Positions 1-8,036 of a stretch of 64,000 nt of DNA are shown piece after piece. The position numbers and the translations under genes are program-made. Source of the DNA: a virus; IMG/VR virus record IMGVR_UViG_3300020444_000002, positions 1-64,000 of that record. One strand, written 5' to 3'. The notes under the pieces are model-generated. The model was given only the letters and a program-made list of their open reading frames with translations, was not told the origin of the DNA and ran no database searches. Every line of letters starts with the position of its first letter. Position 1 is the first letter of the stretch.

Positions 1-43
1 CTTATGAGACCGCCGAGGCTAAACCAATATCCTCATCTCCCCA
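1..43 (-). tRNA. tRNA with CAT anticodon (elongator Met or Ile2), truncated by window edge
   Basis: Minus strand has D-arm GAGG...CCTC, then GCGGT-CTCATAA; 3' half lies outside the window and the 5' end is approximate. Confidence 0.7.
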
Positions 44-48
44 TCGTT

Positions 49-123
49 TGGTGGTTCTCCGAGGTAACGCTCCCCGCACGTTCGGTATGTAACACCGACA
101 TTCTACTTCTGAATTAGAGAACC
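49..123 (-). tRNA. tRNA-Val(TAC)
   Basis: Cloverleaf GGTTCTC...GAGAACC-A-CCA; anticodon arm TCGGT-GTTACAT-ACCGA; atypical T-loop AGCGTTA. Confidence 0.8.
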
Positions 124-617
124 ATATATCTTATTATACCCTCTTTTTTGTTTTCATACCAGCCCAAACGATAGTTACAAGCCCTACACAATAATCCTCT
201 GAACTTTAGCGTTTTATGACAATGGTCTACTGTCAATTTGTCTGGTATTCCTCCTGAACCTTTACTGCTTGAATTTTCTGGTTGCAAGCATATTTCACAA
301 ACGAGTTGTTTCTTGCGGTATTCTTCAAGTTCTCGATATGTGATGTCCAACGTGTCGCCATTTATCTTGACGAAACGATTTAATTTGTTCTCGCGGTTCT
401 TCATAGCTCCTAAAAGACCGACTTCTCTCAAAGAGAGGTTGTTGCTTGGTCTACCTGCCATAGTAGAGCTGACTTTTTTGTTTATTTCTGCACGTTTTGA
501 CTTTGTTGCAAAGCCTCTTGCACATTTAGAAGAACAGAAACGTCCTGAACCGTATTTAGTTGTTAATTTGCATAGGCAGTTTTCACAATTTTTATTTGAA
601 CTTTGGTTTTTATTCAT
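114..617 (-). CDS. Endonuclease VII-family HNH (putative homing endonuclease) inside the tRNA array
   Basis: CEIC...LTVDHCH...RGLLCRACNYRLG motif; start moved to ATG at 617, which lies 6 nt after TATAAT and avoids overlap with tRNA-Ile. Confidence 0.85.
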   Translation of the reverse strand: MNKNQSSNKNCENCLCKLTTKYGSGRFCSSKCARGFATKSKRAEINKKVSSTMAGRPSNNLSLREVGLLGAMKNRENKLNRFVKINGDTLDITYRELEEYRKKQLVCEICLQPENSSSKGSGGIPDKLTVDHCHKTLKFRGLLCRACNYRLGWYENKKEGIIRYMVL

Positions 618-645
618 ATTTTTATTATACCTTAGTTCATTTTTA

Positions 646-720
646 TGGTGGGCGTACAAGGAATTGAACCTTGATTCGTAGCATATAAGACTACTGTCCT
701 AGCCATTGGACGATACGCCT
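646..720 (-). tRNA. tRNA-Ile(TAT)
   Basis: Anticodon arm GTAGT-CTTATAT-GCTAC, T-arm GGTTCAATTCC, encoded CCA. Confidence 0.85.
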
Positions 721-726
721 ATATTT

Positions 727-801
727 TGGTGCGTCCGTAGGGATTCGAACCCTAACCATAGGCTTAGAACACCTTTATGCTATCCATTACACTACTGACG
801 C
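727..801 (-). tRNA. tRNA-Arg(TCT)
   Basis: Anticodon loop GTTCTAA, T-arm GGTTCGAATCC, CCA end. Confidence 0.85.
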
Positions 802-806
802 AAATG

Positions 807-884
807 TGGTGCGTCGCCGAGGACTCGAACCCCGCCTTGATGGTTGGAAGCCACCCGTGCTCAATCCATTAACACTAGCAACGC
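807..884 (-). tRNA. tRNA-Gly(TCC)
   Basis: GGTGG-CTTCCAA-CCATC, GGTTCGAGTCC, CCA end. Confidence 0.92.
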
Positions 885-901
885 ATATTGAATTTTTAAT
901 G

Positions 902-978
902 TGGAGCCGAGTATCAGATTTGAACTGATGACTTCCTCTTTACAAGAGAGGCGCTCTAGCCAACTGAGCTAACTCGGC
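902..978 (-). tRNA. tRNA-Thr(TGT)
   Basis: CCTCT-CTTGTAA-AGAGG, TAGCTCAG D-arm, CCA end. Confidence 0.93.
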
Positions 979-981
979 ACT

Positions 982-1057
982 TGGTTGGGAAGGAAGGACT
1001 CAAACCTTCGGCCTGCCGAGTATCAGTCGGCTGCTCTATCTACTGAGCTACTTCCCA
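982..1057 (-). tRNA. tRNA-Ile(GAT)
   Basis: GCCGA-CTGATAC-TCGGC, TAGCTCAG D-arm, CCA end. Confidence 0.9.
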
Positions 1058-1071
1058 TTACTTGTTAAATT

Positions 1072-1147
1072 TGGAGGGGCGAGTGGGGATCGAACCCACG
1101 ACTATCGGGTTAAAAGCCCGCTTCTCTACCAACTGAGTTACCGCCCC
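1072..1147 (-). tRNA. tRNA-Lys(TTT), first gene of the array
   Basis: GCGGG-CTTTTAA-CCCGA, GGTTCGATCCC, CCA end. Confidence 0.93.
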
Positions 1148-1152
1148 TTATT

Positions 1153-1175
1153 AAAAAAGGGAGTACTTCACTCCC
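1153..1175 (-). terminator. Intrinsic terminator (attenuator) 5 nt before tRNA-Lys
   Basis: GGGAGT-GAAGT-ACTCCC followed by TTTTTT. Confidence 0.85.
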
Positions 1176-1207
1176 CATCACTTCATACTTATGTAAAAAT
1201 GATAGGG
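1173..1207 (-). promoter_or_regulatory. Putative antiterminator hairpin
   Basis: CCCTATCA (directly after the leader stop) pairs with TGATGGGG, which uses the GGG of the terminator 5' arm. Confidence 0.7.
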
Positions 1208-1294
1208 CTACAGTTTGGCTTTGCCTCCGATGACCATAGCAATACCAGCCACTGTTGTGGTGCGCTTTCGTGTGGTTATTGCTGTCTTAGTCAT
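1208..1294 (-). CDS. 28-aa leader peptide MTKTAITTRKRTTTVAGIAMVIGGKAKL (not in ORF track)
   Basis: ATG 6 nt after TATAAT (leaderless); TAG abuts the antiterminator; only 9 amino-acid types. Confidence 0.75.
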   Translation of the reverse strand: MTKTAITTRKRTTTVAGIAMVIGGKAKL

Positions 1295-1300
1295 AAACTC

Positions 1301-1329
1301 ATTATACACCATCACGAAAAATAACACAA
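1301..1329 (-). promoter_or_regulatory. sigma70-type promoter of the leader/tRNA operon
   Basis: TTGTGT-17 nt-TATAAT. Confidence 0.8.
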
Positions 1330-1396
1330 GCCCTTTCGTGAAAAAGGGCAATATAATTTTATTTACAGGGGTGAAGCTAACTTTTTTCTAAAAAAC

Positions 1397-1428
1397 GCTT
1401 GTGTTTTTATTCACAAAGGAGCATAATT
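1397..1428 (+). promoter_or_regulatory. Repeated phage promoter, divergent from the tRNA promoter; further plus-strand copies near 2077, 3611, 4840
   Basis: GCTTGTGT-17 nt-CATAAT; consensus GCTTGC(G/T)TTTTT...(C/T)ATAATT. Confidence 0.75.
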
Positions 1429-1682
1429 GTTTTTTAGAAGGGTAAAAAATAAAAAATGGCAAAAAACAATAAGCAAGAACCAGAAAACCGCAAAAGTAAG
1501 AGCGCTTTATCTAGGTTTAGAGTTTATTACGAAGCAGATAGAAAAGAGCTTCGACCATCATCATCCTTCGGCAAAAGAGAATTGCTGATAGTATACCTCA
1601 CAAAAACAGTCCACCGCACGGTTGTGGGCTTTTTTGTTGATATATACTTAGCACTAAAAGAAATAATAAGGAGAGTAATGTA

Positions 1683-2072
1683 ATGTTCGAAGCACACATA
1701 CAATATTACGCCTACAACAATATAGATGATGATGACTTTGGCGTAGGTTATCTAGGTAACAAACAAGACTGGGTAGAAAGAATTAATCGTTGGAATTGGA
1801 ACGACGGGTTCGATGAACGATTCACCGTAGAGGACTGGGATGATTTAGATTGTCAGCACGATTTTCGCGGTTGCGAATTGGCAGAAATTGAGCCAGATTC
1901 TGACGCTATGCTTGTCACATGGCAAAAGAGCAATCACTCATTTGTTATAAAAATTGAGAAAAACGGTGATATGAAATGGCTAGAAAACCCAAGAAGTTTA
2001 ACAACATTTCCACGATGGATTAACCGAATGAAAACCATGCTTCGAGAGGCTGAAAAAGCACAAAATTCATAA
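1683..2072 (+). CDS. Hypothetical protein
   Basis: 129-aa ORF with AAGGAG upstream. Confidence 0.65.
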   Translation: MFEAHIQYYAYNNIDDDDFGVGYLGNKQDWVERINRWNWNDGFDERFTVEDWDDLDCQHDFRGCELAEIEPDSDAMLVTWQKSNHSFVIKIEKNGDMKWLENPRSLTTFPRWINRMKTMLREAEKAQNS

Positions 2073-2158
2073 AAACGCTTGCGTTTTTTGAAAAAATGAG
2101 CTATAATTACGTTTCAGTGAATGACAAAAGGGCATCACAAAAAAAGAAAGGTAAAAAA

Positions 2159-2389
2159 ATGAGTAGCGAAGAAAAAAAGAAAAAAACGACTAACGAGCAA
2201 AAAGCTAAGAGTGGTTTTGTTAATGCTATAATTGGCTTGGCGTTATTGTTGGTTTTTGGAAGCGTTGCCTTCATGACGGTAGTCATTTGGACTGGTACAG
2301 ACAATGTACTCTACAAATGGTTGACCGCGCCTGCTGCAATCTTTGACCTCATCATAGCATTTGTAGCATTTTCTAAAATAGCAAAATAA
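2159..2389 (+). CDS. Small two-TM membrane protein
   Basis: Two hydrophobic helices; AGAAAGG RBS before ATG at 2159. Confidence 0.65.
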   Translation: MSSEEKKKKTTNEQKAKSGFVNAIIGLALLLVFGSVAFMTVVIWTGTDNVLYKWLTAPAAIFDLIIAFVAFSKIAK

Positions 2390-2447
2390 ACAAGGAAACA
2401 ATTGTTGGTGAAGCTCCCCAGAGTAATGTCTGATTAGCCAACGGATT

Positions 2448-3110
2448 ATGCTTAAAGCAAAAATATTAGGAACTGCTGTAGCTATAACAATCCTAGCAGG
2501 GTTTAGTTATCTGGCAATCAGTAGTGGGATTACAGCCGAAAAGCTTCAAGTGAAGACAATTAAGCTGGAATCGACAGAGGAGAAGCTAAAAGATGTTAAC
2601 CAGGAAGTTAAAAAGCTCAAGACCCAATCCTCTCAAGACAAAGAGAAAAGAAAAAAGTTAGAGAAAGAGAAGGCCGAACTAGAGAGGCAGCTGCAAGCTA
2701 AAGCTGAGGCTAAAGCTAAACTAGCCAGAGCAGCAGAAGCGGCAGCTAGCGCAGTTACATCTAACAAGGCAAGTGCAGCTCCGATACCAACCATACAAAT
2801 AACGGGCAATAAACAAAGCTGGCTCGTTGCCAGCGGCATCCCAGAACACGAATGGGGGTATGTAGATGCAATAGTGTCACGCGAGTCTGGGTGGGACCCC
2901 TGTGCATACAATCCGGGACAAAGCGACTGTAATGCTAGCCCAACGAGCGCCTGCGGGCTTGCTCAATCGCTCCCATGCGGGAAGCAGAGCGTGTACGGCC
3001 ATTGGACCAACCCAGTAGCTAACCTTAAATGGATGAATGATTACGTCAATGGGAGATACGGTGGTTGGGCGCAGGCCGTAGCCTTCTGGAGCGCTAACAG
3101 ATGGTATTGA
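2448..3110 (+). CDS. Exported lytic transglycosylase (aggregation-promoting-factor/SLT-like C-terminal domain)
   Basis: N-terminal signal/TM, coiled coil, then IVSRESGW...ACGLAQSLP...RYGGW...FWSANRWY. Confidence 0.85.
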   Translation: MLKAKILGTAVAITILAGFSYLAISSGITAEKLQVKTIKLESTEEKLKDVNQEVKKLKTQSSQDKEKRKKLEKEKAELERQLQAKAEAKAKLARAAEAAASAVTSNKASAAPIPTIQITGNKQSWLVASGIPEHEWGYVDAIVSRESGWDPCAYNPGQSDCNASPTSACGLAQSLPCGKQSVYGHWTNPVANLKWMNDYVNGRYGGWAQAVAFWSANRWY

Positions 3111-3144
3111 CAAACCGTTAAAACGATTACGCTATAATTAAGTT

Positions 3145-3567
3145 ATGGCGTATAAAAATCAAAAATATTGCAAAAAATGTGAAACTGACAAGCCTGTAGC
3201 TGCATACTGGAAGAATAAAACTACTAGTGACGGTCTACAGGCTTGGTGCAAACCTTGTTGGCAGGCACTAGTAGATTCAAAATTAACAGGCGACTCAAGA
3301 GAAAAATATCTTCGTATGAGACGCAATGGCAATCTACTCCGCGCTTACGGTATAACAGCAGACGAGTACGATGTGTTACTTGAAACCCAAGGTAATGTGT
3401 GTGCTATCTGCCGTGAATATCCGTATCAACACAAAAAGCTAGCAGTTGACCATGACCACGCAACAGGTAGGGTTCGTGGGATACTATGCGAGAATTGTAA
3501 CAGAGGAATAGGAATGTTCAAAGACAGACCTGAACTTTTACAATCGGCAATAGAATATTTATCCTAA
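3145..3567 (+). CDS. Endonuclease VII-family HNH
   Basis: CAIC...LAVDHDH..GRVRGILCENCNRGIG; N-terminal zinc finger; leaderless start. Confidence 0.9.
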   Translation: MAYKNQKYCKKCETDKPVAAYWKNKTTSDGLQAWCKPCWQALVDSKLTGDSREKYLRMRRNGNLLRAYGITADEYDVLLETQGNVCAICREYPYQHKKLAVDHDHATGRVRGILCENCNRGIGMFKDRPELLQSAIEYLS

Positions 3568-3578
3568 TCATTGGTATT

Positions 3579-3608
3579 AAGAAAGGGGCGCTTCGGCGCT
3601 TTTTTCTT
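3579..3608 (+). terminator. Intrinsic terminator
   Basis: GGGGCGC-TTCG-GCGCTTT running into a T tract. Confidence 0.75.
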
Positions 3609-3672
3609 ACGCTTGCTTTTTTTGCCTTTTAGGAGCATAATTGCCTCCATAAGTTAAAAGAAAGGCTTAAAG

Positions 3673-4164
3673 ATGAACGCAAGGTTAGTAATAACACCGG
3701 AGACAAGAGCAAAATTAAATAATCCGGTCTTGTCTCCAACAAAAAAACGAGAACTAAGAGAACAACTCATAAAAGACCGTATCCGGAAAGCAGCGGGTTC
3801 AGGCGTTACAAAGCAAGAACTGATAGCTACGGCCGGATATTCTCCAAAAACAACAAGCAATGAGTATGCGAACGGCCTTGGTCTTATAGCTAGTATGATA
3901 CAGCGCGGCGTTATATCACACCTACCAACTAAAGGCTTTAAAAAAGTTTGGTCTGTGGCGGAAGATGTCAAGTCAAAGAGAGAGAAACCAAAGGACATTG
4001 ACATGCCATTACCAATTATTAGCAAAGAAGCAACAGTGTCACGCCAAGAGCCAACAGAAATAAATCGCGTAAAGCTTGTCGATATGGCGAAGGAGTTTGC
4101 TTGGCGCAAAAATTCCGACAGCCTTCGAGAGTTCATTTCCTACATTGAAGATACCGTAAAATAG
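3673..4164 (+). CDS. Hypothetical protein, possibly DNA-binding (winged-helix-like)
   Basis: Own promoter at 3611 and AGAAAGG RBS; basic helical protein. Confidence 0.6.
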   Translation: MNARLVITPETRAKLNNPVLSPTKKRELREQLIKDRIRKAAGSGVTKQELIATAGYSPKTTSNEYANGLGLIASMIQRGVISHLPTKGFKKVWSVAEDVKSKREKPKDIDMPLPIISKEATVSRQEPTEINRVKLVDMAKEFAWRKNSDSLREFISYIEDTVK

Positions 4165-4254
4165 GCTCTGTAACGCGTTTAAATTTTTTAGACGCACCAA
4201 TACCCATTTTTAACGCAAAAAGCCCTCAGAACGGCTCTCAACGCGTCTGAGGGC
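4165..4254 (-). repeat. Dispersed ~90-110 bp repeat, copy A
   Basis: GACGCGTTGAGAGCCGTTCTGAGG core similar to copies at 12378, 27971 and 50757. Confidence 0.65.
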
Positions 4255-4342
4255 ATGTTTATGTTACCTTGTCTTAATCCTCTGCTAATCGGCGGTTTTT
4301 GTTTGTACTAGTCCTATATCTCAGTATAACAAAGGAGCTGCA

Positions 4343-4486
4343 CTACTGGCAACCTTCGCACTGGTTTTCATCCTGTGGGTCTACAAGTGCATCGAGATAG
4401 GTGCGTTCTCGGTTCGGGTCTTCTTTAGCTTTTTGCATAGCTTCCTCGATTAAGCGTAGTTTTTCTTTTAATTCTGAATCTGACAT
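4343..4486 (-). CDS. 47-aa protein ending in CEGCQ (not in ORF track)
   Basis: MSDSELKEKL...LVDPQDENQCEGCQ; ATG overlaps the glutaredoxin stop (TAATG). Confidence 0.8.
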   Translation of the reverse strand: MSDSELKEKLRLIEEAMQKAKEDPNRERTYLDALVDPQDENQCEGCQ

Positions 4487-4710
4487 TATAGTAACCCCAT
4501 TATTTTAGATGGGTTCCAGCCGACGACAACTGTTTCCCCGTTTGTTGTTATTGGTACAGCCGTAAAGCCTCCTGAAACTTTAATTGCTTCCTCTTCTTTT
4601 TCTGGCTGTTCGTCTAGGTTTATAACCTCGTATTGCGCACCTTTCATGTCGAGTACTTTTTTGACCATTTGGCAGTATGCACATGTCGTTCTAGTGTAGA
4701 TTTTTAACAA
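4486..4710 (-). CDS. Glutaredoxin/NrdH-like redoxin
   Basis: IYTRTTCAYC...AVPI...VVGWNP. Confidence 0.9.
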   Translation of the reverse strand: MLKIYTRTTCAYCQMVKKVLDMKGAQYEVINLDEQPEKEEEAIKVSGGFTAVPITTNGETVVVGWNPSKIMGLL

Positions 4711-4902
4711 TTTTATCCCCCTTTTTAAGCGGAAAAAAATACACCCCGCTGCATGGGTATATCATTTTCCTGTTTTTAGTCCTTATTTAATTATAAACCA
4801 TTTATAGCAGGTAACATAGTTAGAAATATTCAAGAATGGGCTTGCTTTTTTGAGAAAATAGGAGCATAATTAATTTCAGTAAGCAACTAAGAAAGGCTAC
4901 AA

Positions 4903-5127
4903 ATGAGAAAAATAAATTTAACAAACGATGAGCAGAAACTCTTGAAGAGTGTTATACCAAAGCGTATAAAAATGCTTGAAAGTTGGAGTACACCAGAACA
5001 ATATCGCAGGGCTATGTGGCCCGTCCAAGTGACAACAGAAGAAATGCATAAATATAATGAACGATACGCTATGCGGATAAAAAATATAGAACTCTATAAG
5101 AAAATCCTGGCTAAGTTAGAGAAATAG
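4903..5127 (+). CDS. Hypothetical protein
   Basis: Promoter at 4840 plus AACTAAGAAAGGC leader. Confidence 0.65.
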   Translation: MRKINLTNDEQKLLKSVIPKRIKMLESWSTPEQYRRAMWPVQVTTEEMHKYNERYAMRIKNIELYKKILAKLEK

Positions 5128-5130
5128 ACA

Positions 5131-5478
5131 ATGGCAAAATCAACCTGGGACAAAGTAATGGCTATGAAAGAAAACGACACTCGCCACAGAGGAGTTGCTA
5201 ATACACTACGAGATGACGAGATTGACGTCCTACTTGGGTTGGTGGGTTATTTTGGTGGTAGCGTTCGCCAGGCGTCATTTGATTTGAGGTTGGCCCGCTA
5301 CAGGATATTCGACTGGATTGCAATGTGCGTTATGGGGAATCGTGCTGGTAGCCAAGAAGCAACGAAGATTTTAGTATATTCATTCCTCAAAAACAAAGGT
5401 GATATTGATAAATTTATAGAAGATTTACGACACACTGATTACGAAGTTAATCGCAAATGGGAAAAGATTAAATTATAA
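5131..5478 (+). CDS. Hypothetical protein
   Basis: ORF starts 3 nt after the previous stop. Confidence 0.6.
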   Translation: MAKSTWDKVMAMKENDTRHRGVANTLRDDEIDVLLGLVGYFGGSVRQASFDLRLARYRIFDWIAMCVMGNRAGSQEATKILVYSFLKNKGDIDKFIEDLRHTDYEVNRKWEKIKL

Positions 5479-5505
5479 AAGTAGCCGACCTTGCGCCGAC
5501 TACTT
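5477..5505 (-). terminator. Terminator of the lysis operon, between convergent genes
   Basis: AAGTAGTCGGC-GCAAG-GTCGGCTACTTTT. Confidence 0.65.
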
Positions 5506-5523
5506 AAAACCTAACAGTTTTGT

Positions 5524-5820
5524 CTATTCTGTCTTGCTAGACACTCGCTGGACACCCTCTGAATTACGAAGTGTCATGTTGTACACAACAGCTGAGAGAA
5601 CACTTAATGTTCCAATATAGGCAAGCCAAGCCCAGACACTTGTTAGCGATAGAGCTGTCTGCCAGGTAACAACTACAGAAGCAACCGCGCTTAACAATAC
5701 GTTAGTCACAAGTGGATATTTATTAGCGAAGTAAAGCGGGATAACATCCAGCTTCAAAATCTGCTGCACAACTACAACTGCTAATGCCGCGAGGGCTGTT
5801 ATTTCTGCAAAAAAGTCCAT
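5524..5820 (-). CDS. Holin
   Basis: 98 aa, three hydrophobic segments, adjacent to the endolysin. Confidence 0.75.
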   Translation of the reverse strand: MDFFAEITALAALAVVVVQQILKLDVIPLYFANKYPLVTNVLLSAVASVVVTWQTALSLTSVWAWLAYIGTLSVLSAVVYNMTLRNSEGVQRVSSKTE

Positions 5821-5821
5821 A

Positions 5822-6916
5822 TTATTTTCCTTTATTCTTTTTTAAGTTTTTTAGCAAGTCCTTAATGAACTGCACTATTGATTTTATAACATCCAACAAA
5901 CCGATCTTACTTACTGGTTCCTCTGGCTGCGGTTTCGGCTCCGGTGATGGTTCCGGCATTGGTTCTGGAACTGGTTCTGGTTGCGGTTCTTCTGGGGTTG
6001 GAACAGGCACCGGAACAGGCTCTGGTTCTGGGTCTGACTTTGGAGGTTTTGGCGCTGGGGCTGGCTTTGGTCTTGTAGGTGGAACAGGCGTGCCGGCATC
6101 CTTACTGCCAACTTCTGTCACTGGCGCAAGATCGACCCACAGCTTAAACCCTGCCATTTGTATTTGCCCTAGCCAACGACCGTCAGACTTGCCAACATCA
6201 AGTACCTTGAACTTACCAGGAATCTTAAATTTTGAACCTCTCTCTAGCGATTGATCGGGTGTCTTATAGCCATCATTGTCAACTTCTACAACAGGACCAG
6301 CTGGTATACCGTTATCCGCCCATGTAAAGCCGATTGGGCATAGTTTATTACTGCGAACTTGCCAAATATCAGCAACATTCTTTACGGCATCAACCCTGTA
6401 GGCATTTGGGAATTTAATATAAGAGCCAGGGTTCACTACTTGGTCAACTGGCTCACTAGGAGCCGGAGCTGTAGGTTTTCCGGCGTAACGATAGATTGTA
6501 TTTGCTGGATTGCCGTTAATTGCATACAGCCAATCATGATTGTCTACGTTGATGCCGTTGTAGCCAAAACTACAGTGTATAATGTCTGTTGAATTTACAA
6601 ATATACCAGTGTGTCCAAAAGCGCCAGAACTTGCGCCACGACGACCCCATATGAAAATATCACCCTTTTTAGTAGCAATATTACCGTTCTTATCTTCTGG
6701 TAAACGCACCCAGCCATGCTTTTCTAGGTCACCAAACTCTGTTTCTGTATTGCCAATATAAATTCCCTTCGGGAAAAAACCACCTTGTATAAGCGCATAG
6801 TACACTGCACTAGAACAGTCATAGCTTCTTGGCCCACGACGATGCTCCATAGAGTAAGTGATGCCCTGCGCGTCTTTATCTCTGAACCATTTTATTGCTT
6901 TGTCAATATTTGGCAT
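5822..6916 (-). CDS. Endolysin, Amidase_5 (NlpC/P60 clan) catalytic domain with Pro/Glu-rich C-terminal tail
   Basis: TYSMEHRRGPRSYDCSSAVYYAL...GDIFIWG...GHTGIF...IIHC. Confidence 0.88.
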   Translation of the reverse strand: MPNIDKAIKWFRDKDAQGITYSMEHRRGPRSYDCSSAVYYALIQGGFFPKGIYIGNTETEFGDLEKHGWVRLPEDKNGNIATKKGDIFIWGRRGASSGAFGHTGIFVNSTDIIHCSFGYNGINVDNHDWLYAINGNPANTIYRYAGKPTAPAPSEPVDQVVNPGSYIKFPNAYRVDAVKNVADIWQVRSNKLCPIGFTWADNGIPAGPVVEVDNDGYKTPDQSLERGSKFKIPGKFKVLDVGKSDGRWLGQIQMAGFKLWVDLAPVTEVGSKDAGTPVPPTRPKPAPAPKPPKSDPEPEPVPVPVPTPEEPQPEPVPEPMPEPSPEPKPQPEEPVSKIGLLDVIKSIVQFIKDLLKNLKKNKGK

Positions 6917-6955
6917 TTATTATTCTCCTAATACTATTATCTCATACTGATTGAA

Positions 6956-7690
6956 TCAGTTGAGACCGAGTATACCGAGCAAAGAAGGCAACAGGCCGCT
7001 ATTTTGTGCTGGTTTTTCTTCTTCTTTTTCTTTTTTATCTTCTTTATTTTCTTGTTTGCTACTGTTGTTGATGTTATTTTGAACACGCACGGCTTCACTG
7101 CTTGTGTTATTATCTCCACTGTTTGGCACTACTGTGGGCGAATATCTTGAGCCATCGACTTGTGCTTTTATTTGTTCCTGTAGTCTACTATTTGCTTCTA
7201 TTAATGCCTCTATATCTTGTTCAGCGTTAGATACTTTAACATTGAATGTGTCTGATTTGGCAGAGACTGTTATAGGCTTCCTGAGTGGTATGACAGAATA
7301 AACACCCTTTATGAGAAGTCTGTACTTGCCTTCTGGTGTTGAGTACGGGACAATTACTGTCTTCTTGTAATCCATGCAGCGGGCACTATTTGTAAACGTA
7401 TCTGAGCCAAGGTTTATAGGGTTGAGGGTTTTGTCACTAACAGATACTAGTTGTCTTGTAACCGTTGTTAGAACACCCTCGCTAACATAACGACATACAT
7501 TCATCTTGTATGTGAGTGTTTTACCAGAATGTATGTTGTGAGGGTTTTGTACAGATAGCTTGCTGTATTTTGCCGGAACTATGGGGGCAAACATTGGGTA
7601 TGCAACAAGTAACACTAACACCATGAGCATGAATAGGTTAAGATGCTGTACTGTCAACATTCTTTTAAATATATTCTTCATATTATCCAC
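6956..7690 (-). CDS. Membrane-anchored hypothetical protein in the lysis module
   Basis: N-terminal TM, beta-rich domain, coiled coil. Confidence 0.65.
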   Translation of the reverse strand: MDNMKNIFKRMLTVQHLNLFMLMVLVLLVAYPMFAPIVPAKYSKLSVQNPHNIHSGKTLTYKMNVCRYVSEGVLTTVTRQLVSVSDKTLNPINLGSDTFTNSARCMDYKKTVIVPYSTPEGKYRLLIKGVYSVIPLRKPITVSAKSDTFNVKVSNAEQDIEALIEANSRLQEQIKAQVDGSRYSPTVVPNSGDNNTSSEAVRVQNNINNSSKQENKEDKKEKEEEKPAQNSGLLPSLLGILGLN

Positions 7691-8036
7691 CTAGTGGTAC
7701 ATATTTACCTATGAGCGCGACAACCGCAGCGGCCAATATAAGCAGAACAAGGAATGTTGTCCAACGACTAACTATTGCGTTGGCGAAAGCAACACCAGGT
7801 TTGTTCGCATTATTGTACTTATGTATTTCATTGAGTTGTTCCTCGATCTCTTTTTTATAATCGTAGAACTCTTCCTTTGATACGACAGAAAGTGCATCTA
7901 GTCTTTCTAGAACAGTTTCGCCTTGTTTCTTTACGGTTGATATGTCCTGCTTAAGCAGAGCAATATCAGTCTGCATCGTAGGGATACTTGCTACAAAAGT
8001 ATTTACCATTTCCTCCTGACGGTTTTTAGATGTCAT
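7683..8036 (-). CDS. Coiled-coil protein with C-terminal TM (holin/hemolysin-like)
   Basis: Architecture and position before the lysis genes. Confidence 0.6.
   Translation of the reverse strand: MTSKNRQEEMVNTFVASIPTMQTDIALLKQDISTVKKQGETVLERLDALSVVSKEEFYDYKKEIEEQLNEIHKYNNANKPGVAFANAIVSRWTTFLVLLILAAAVVALIGKYVPLGG

Noticed and set aside
1456-1683. 75-aa plus-strand ORF after the promoter at 1397
   Set aside because: It contains a terminator-like hairpin AGTCCAC...GTGGGCT-TTTTT (~1608-1635) and a -10-like box for the next gene, so full-length coding status is doubtful; not listed as a CDS.
5911-6110. Pro/Glu low-complexity repeats
   Set aside because: Coding linker of the endolysin; not a CRISPR array or DNA repeat element.
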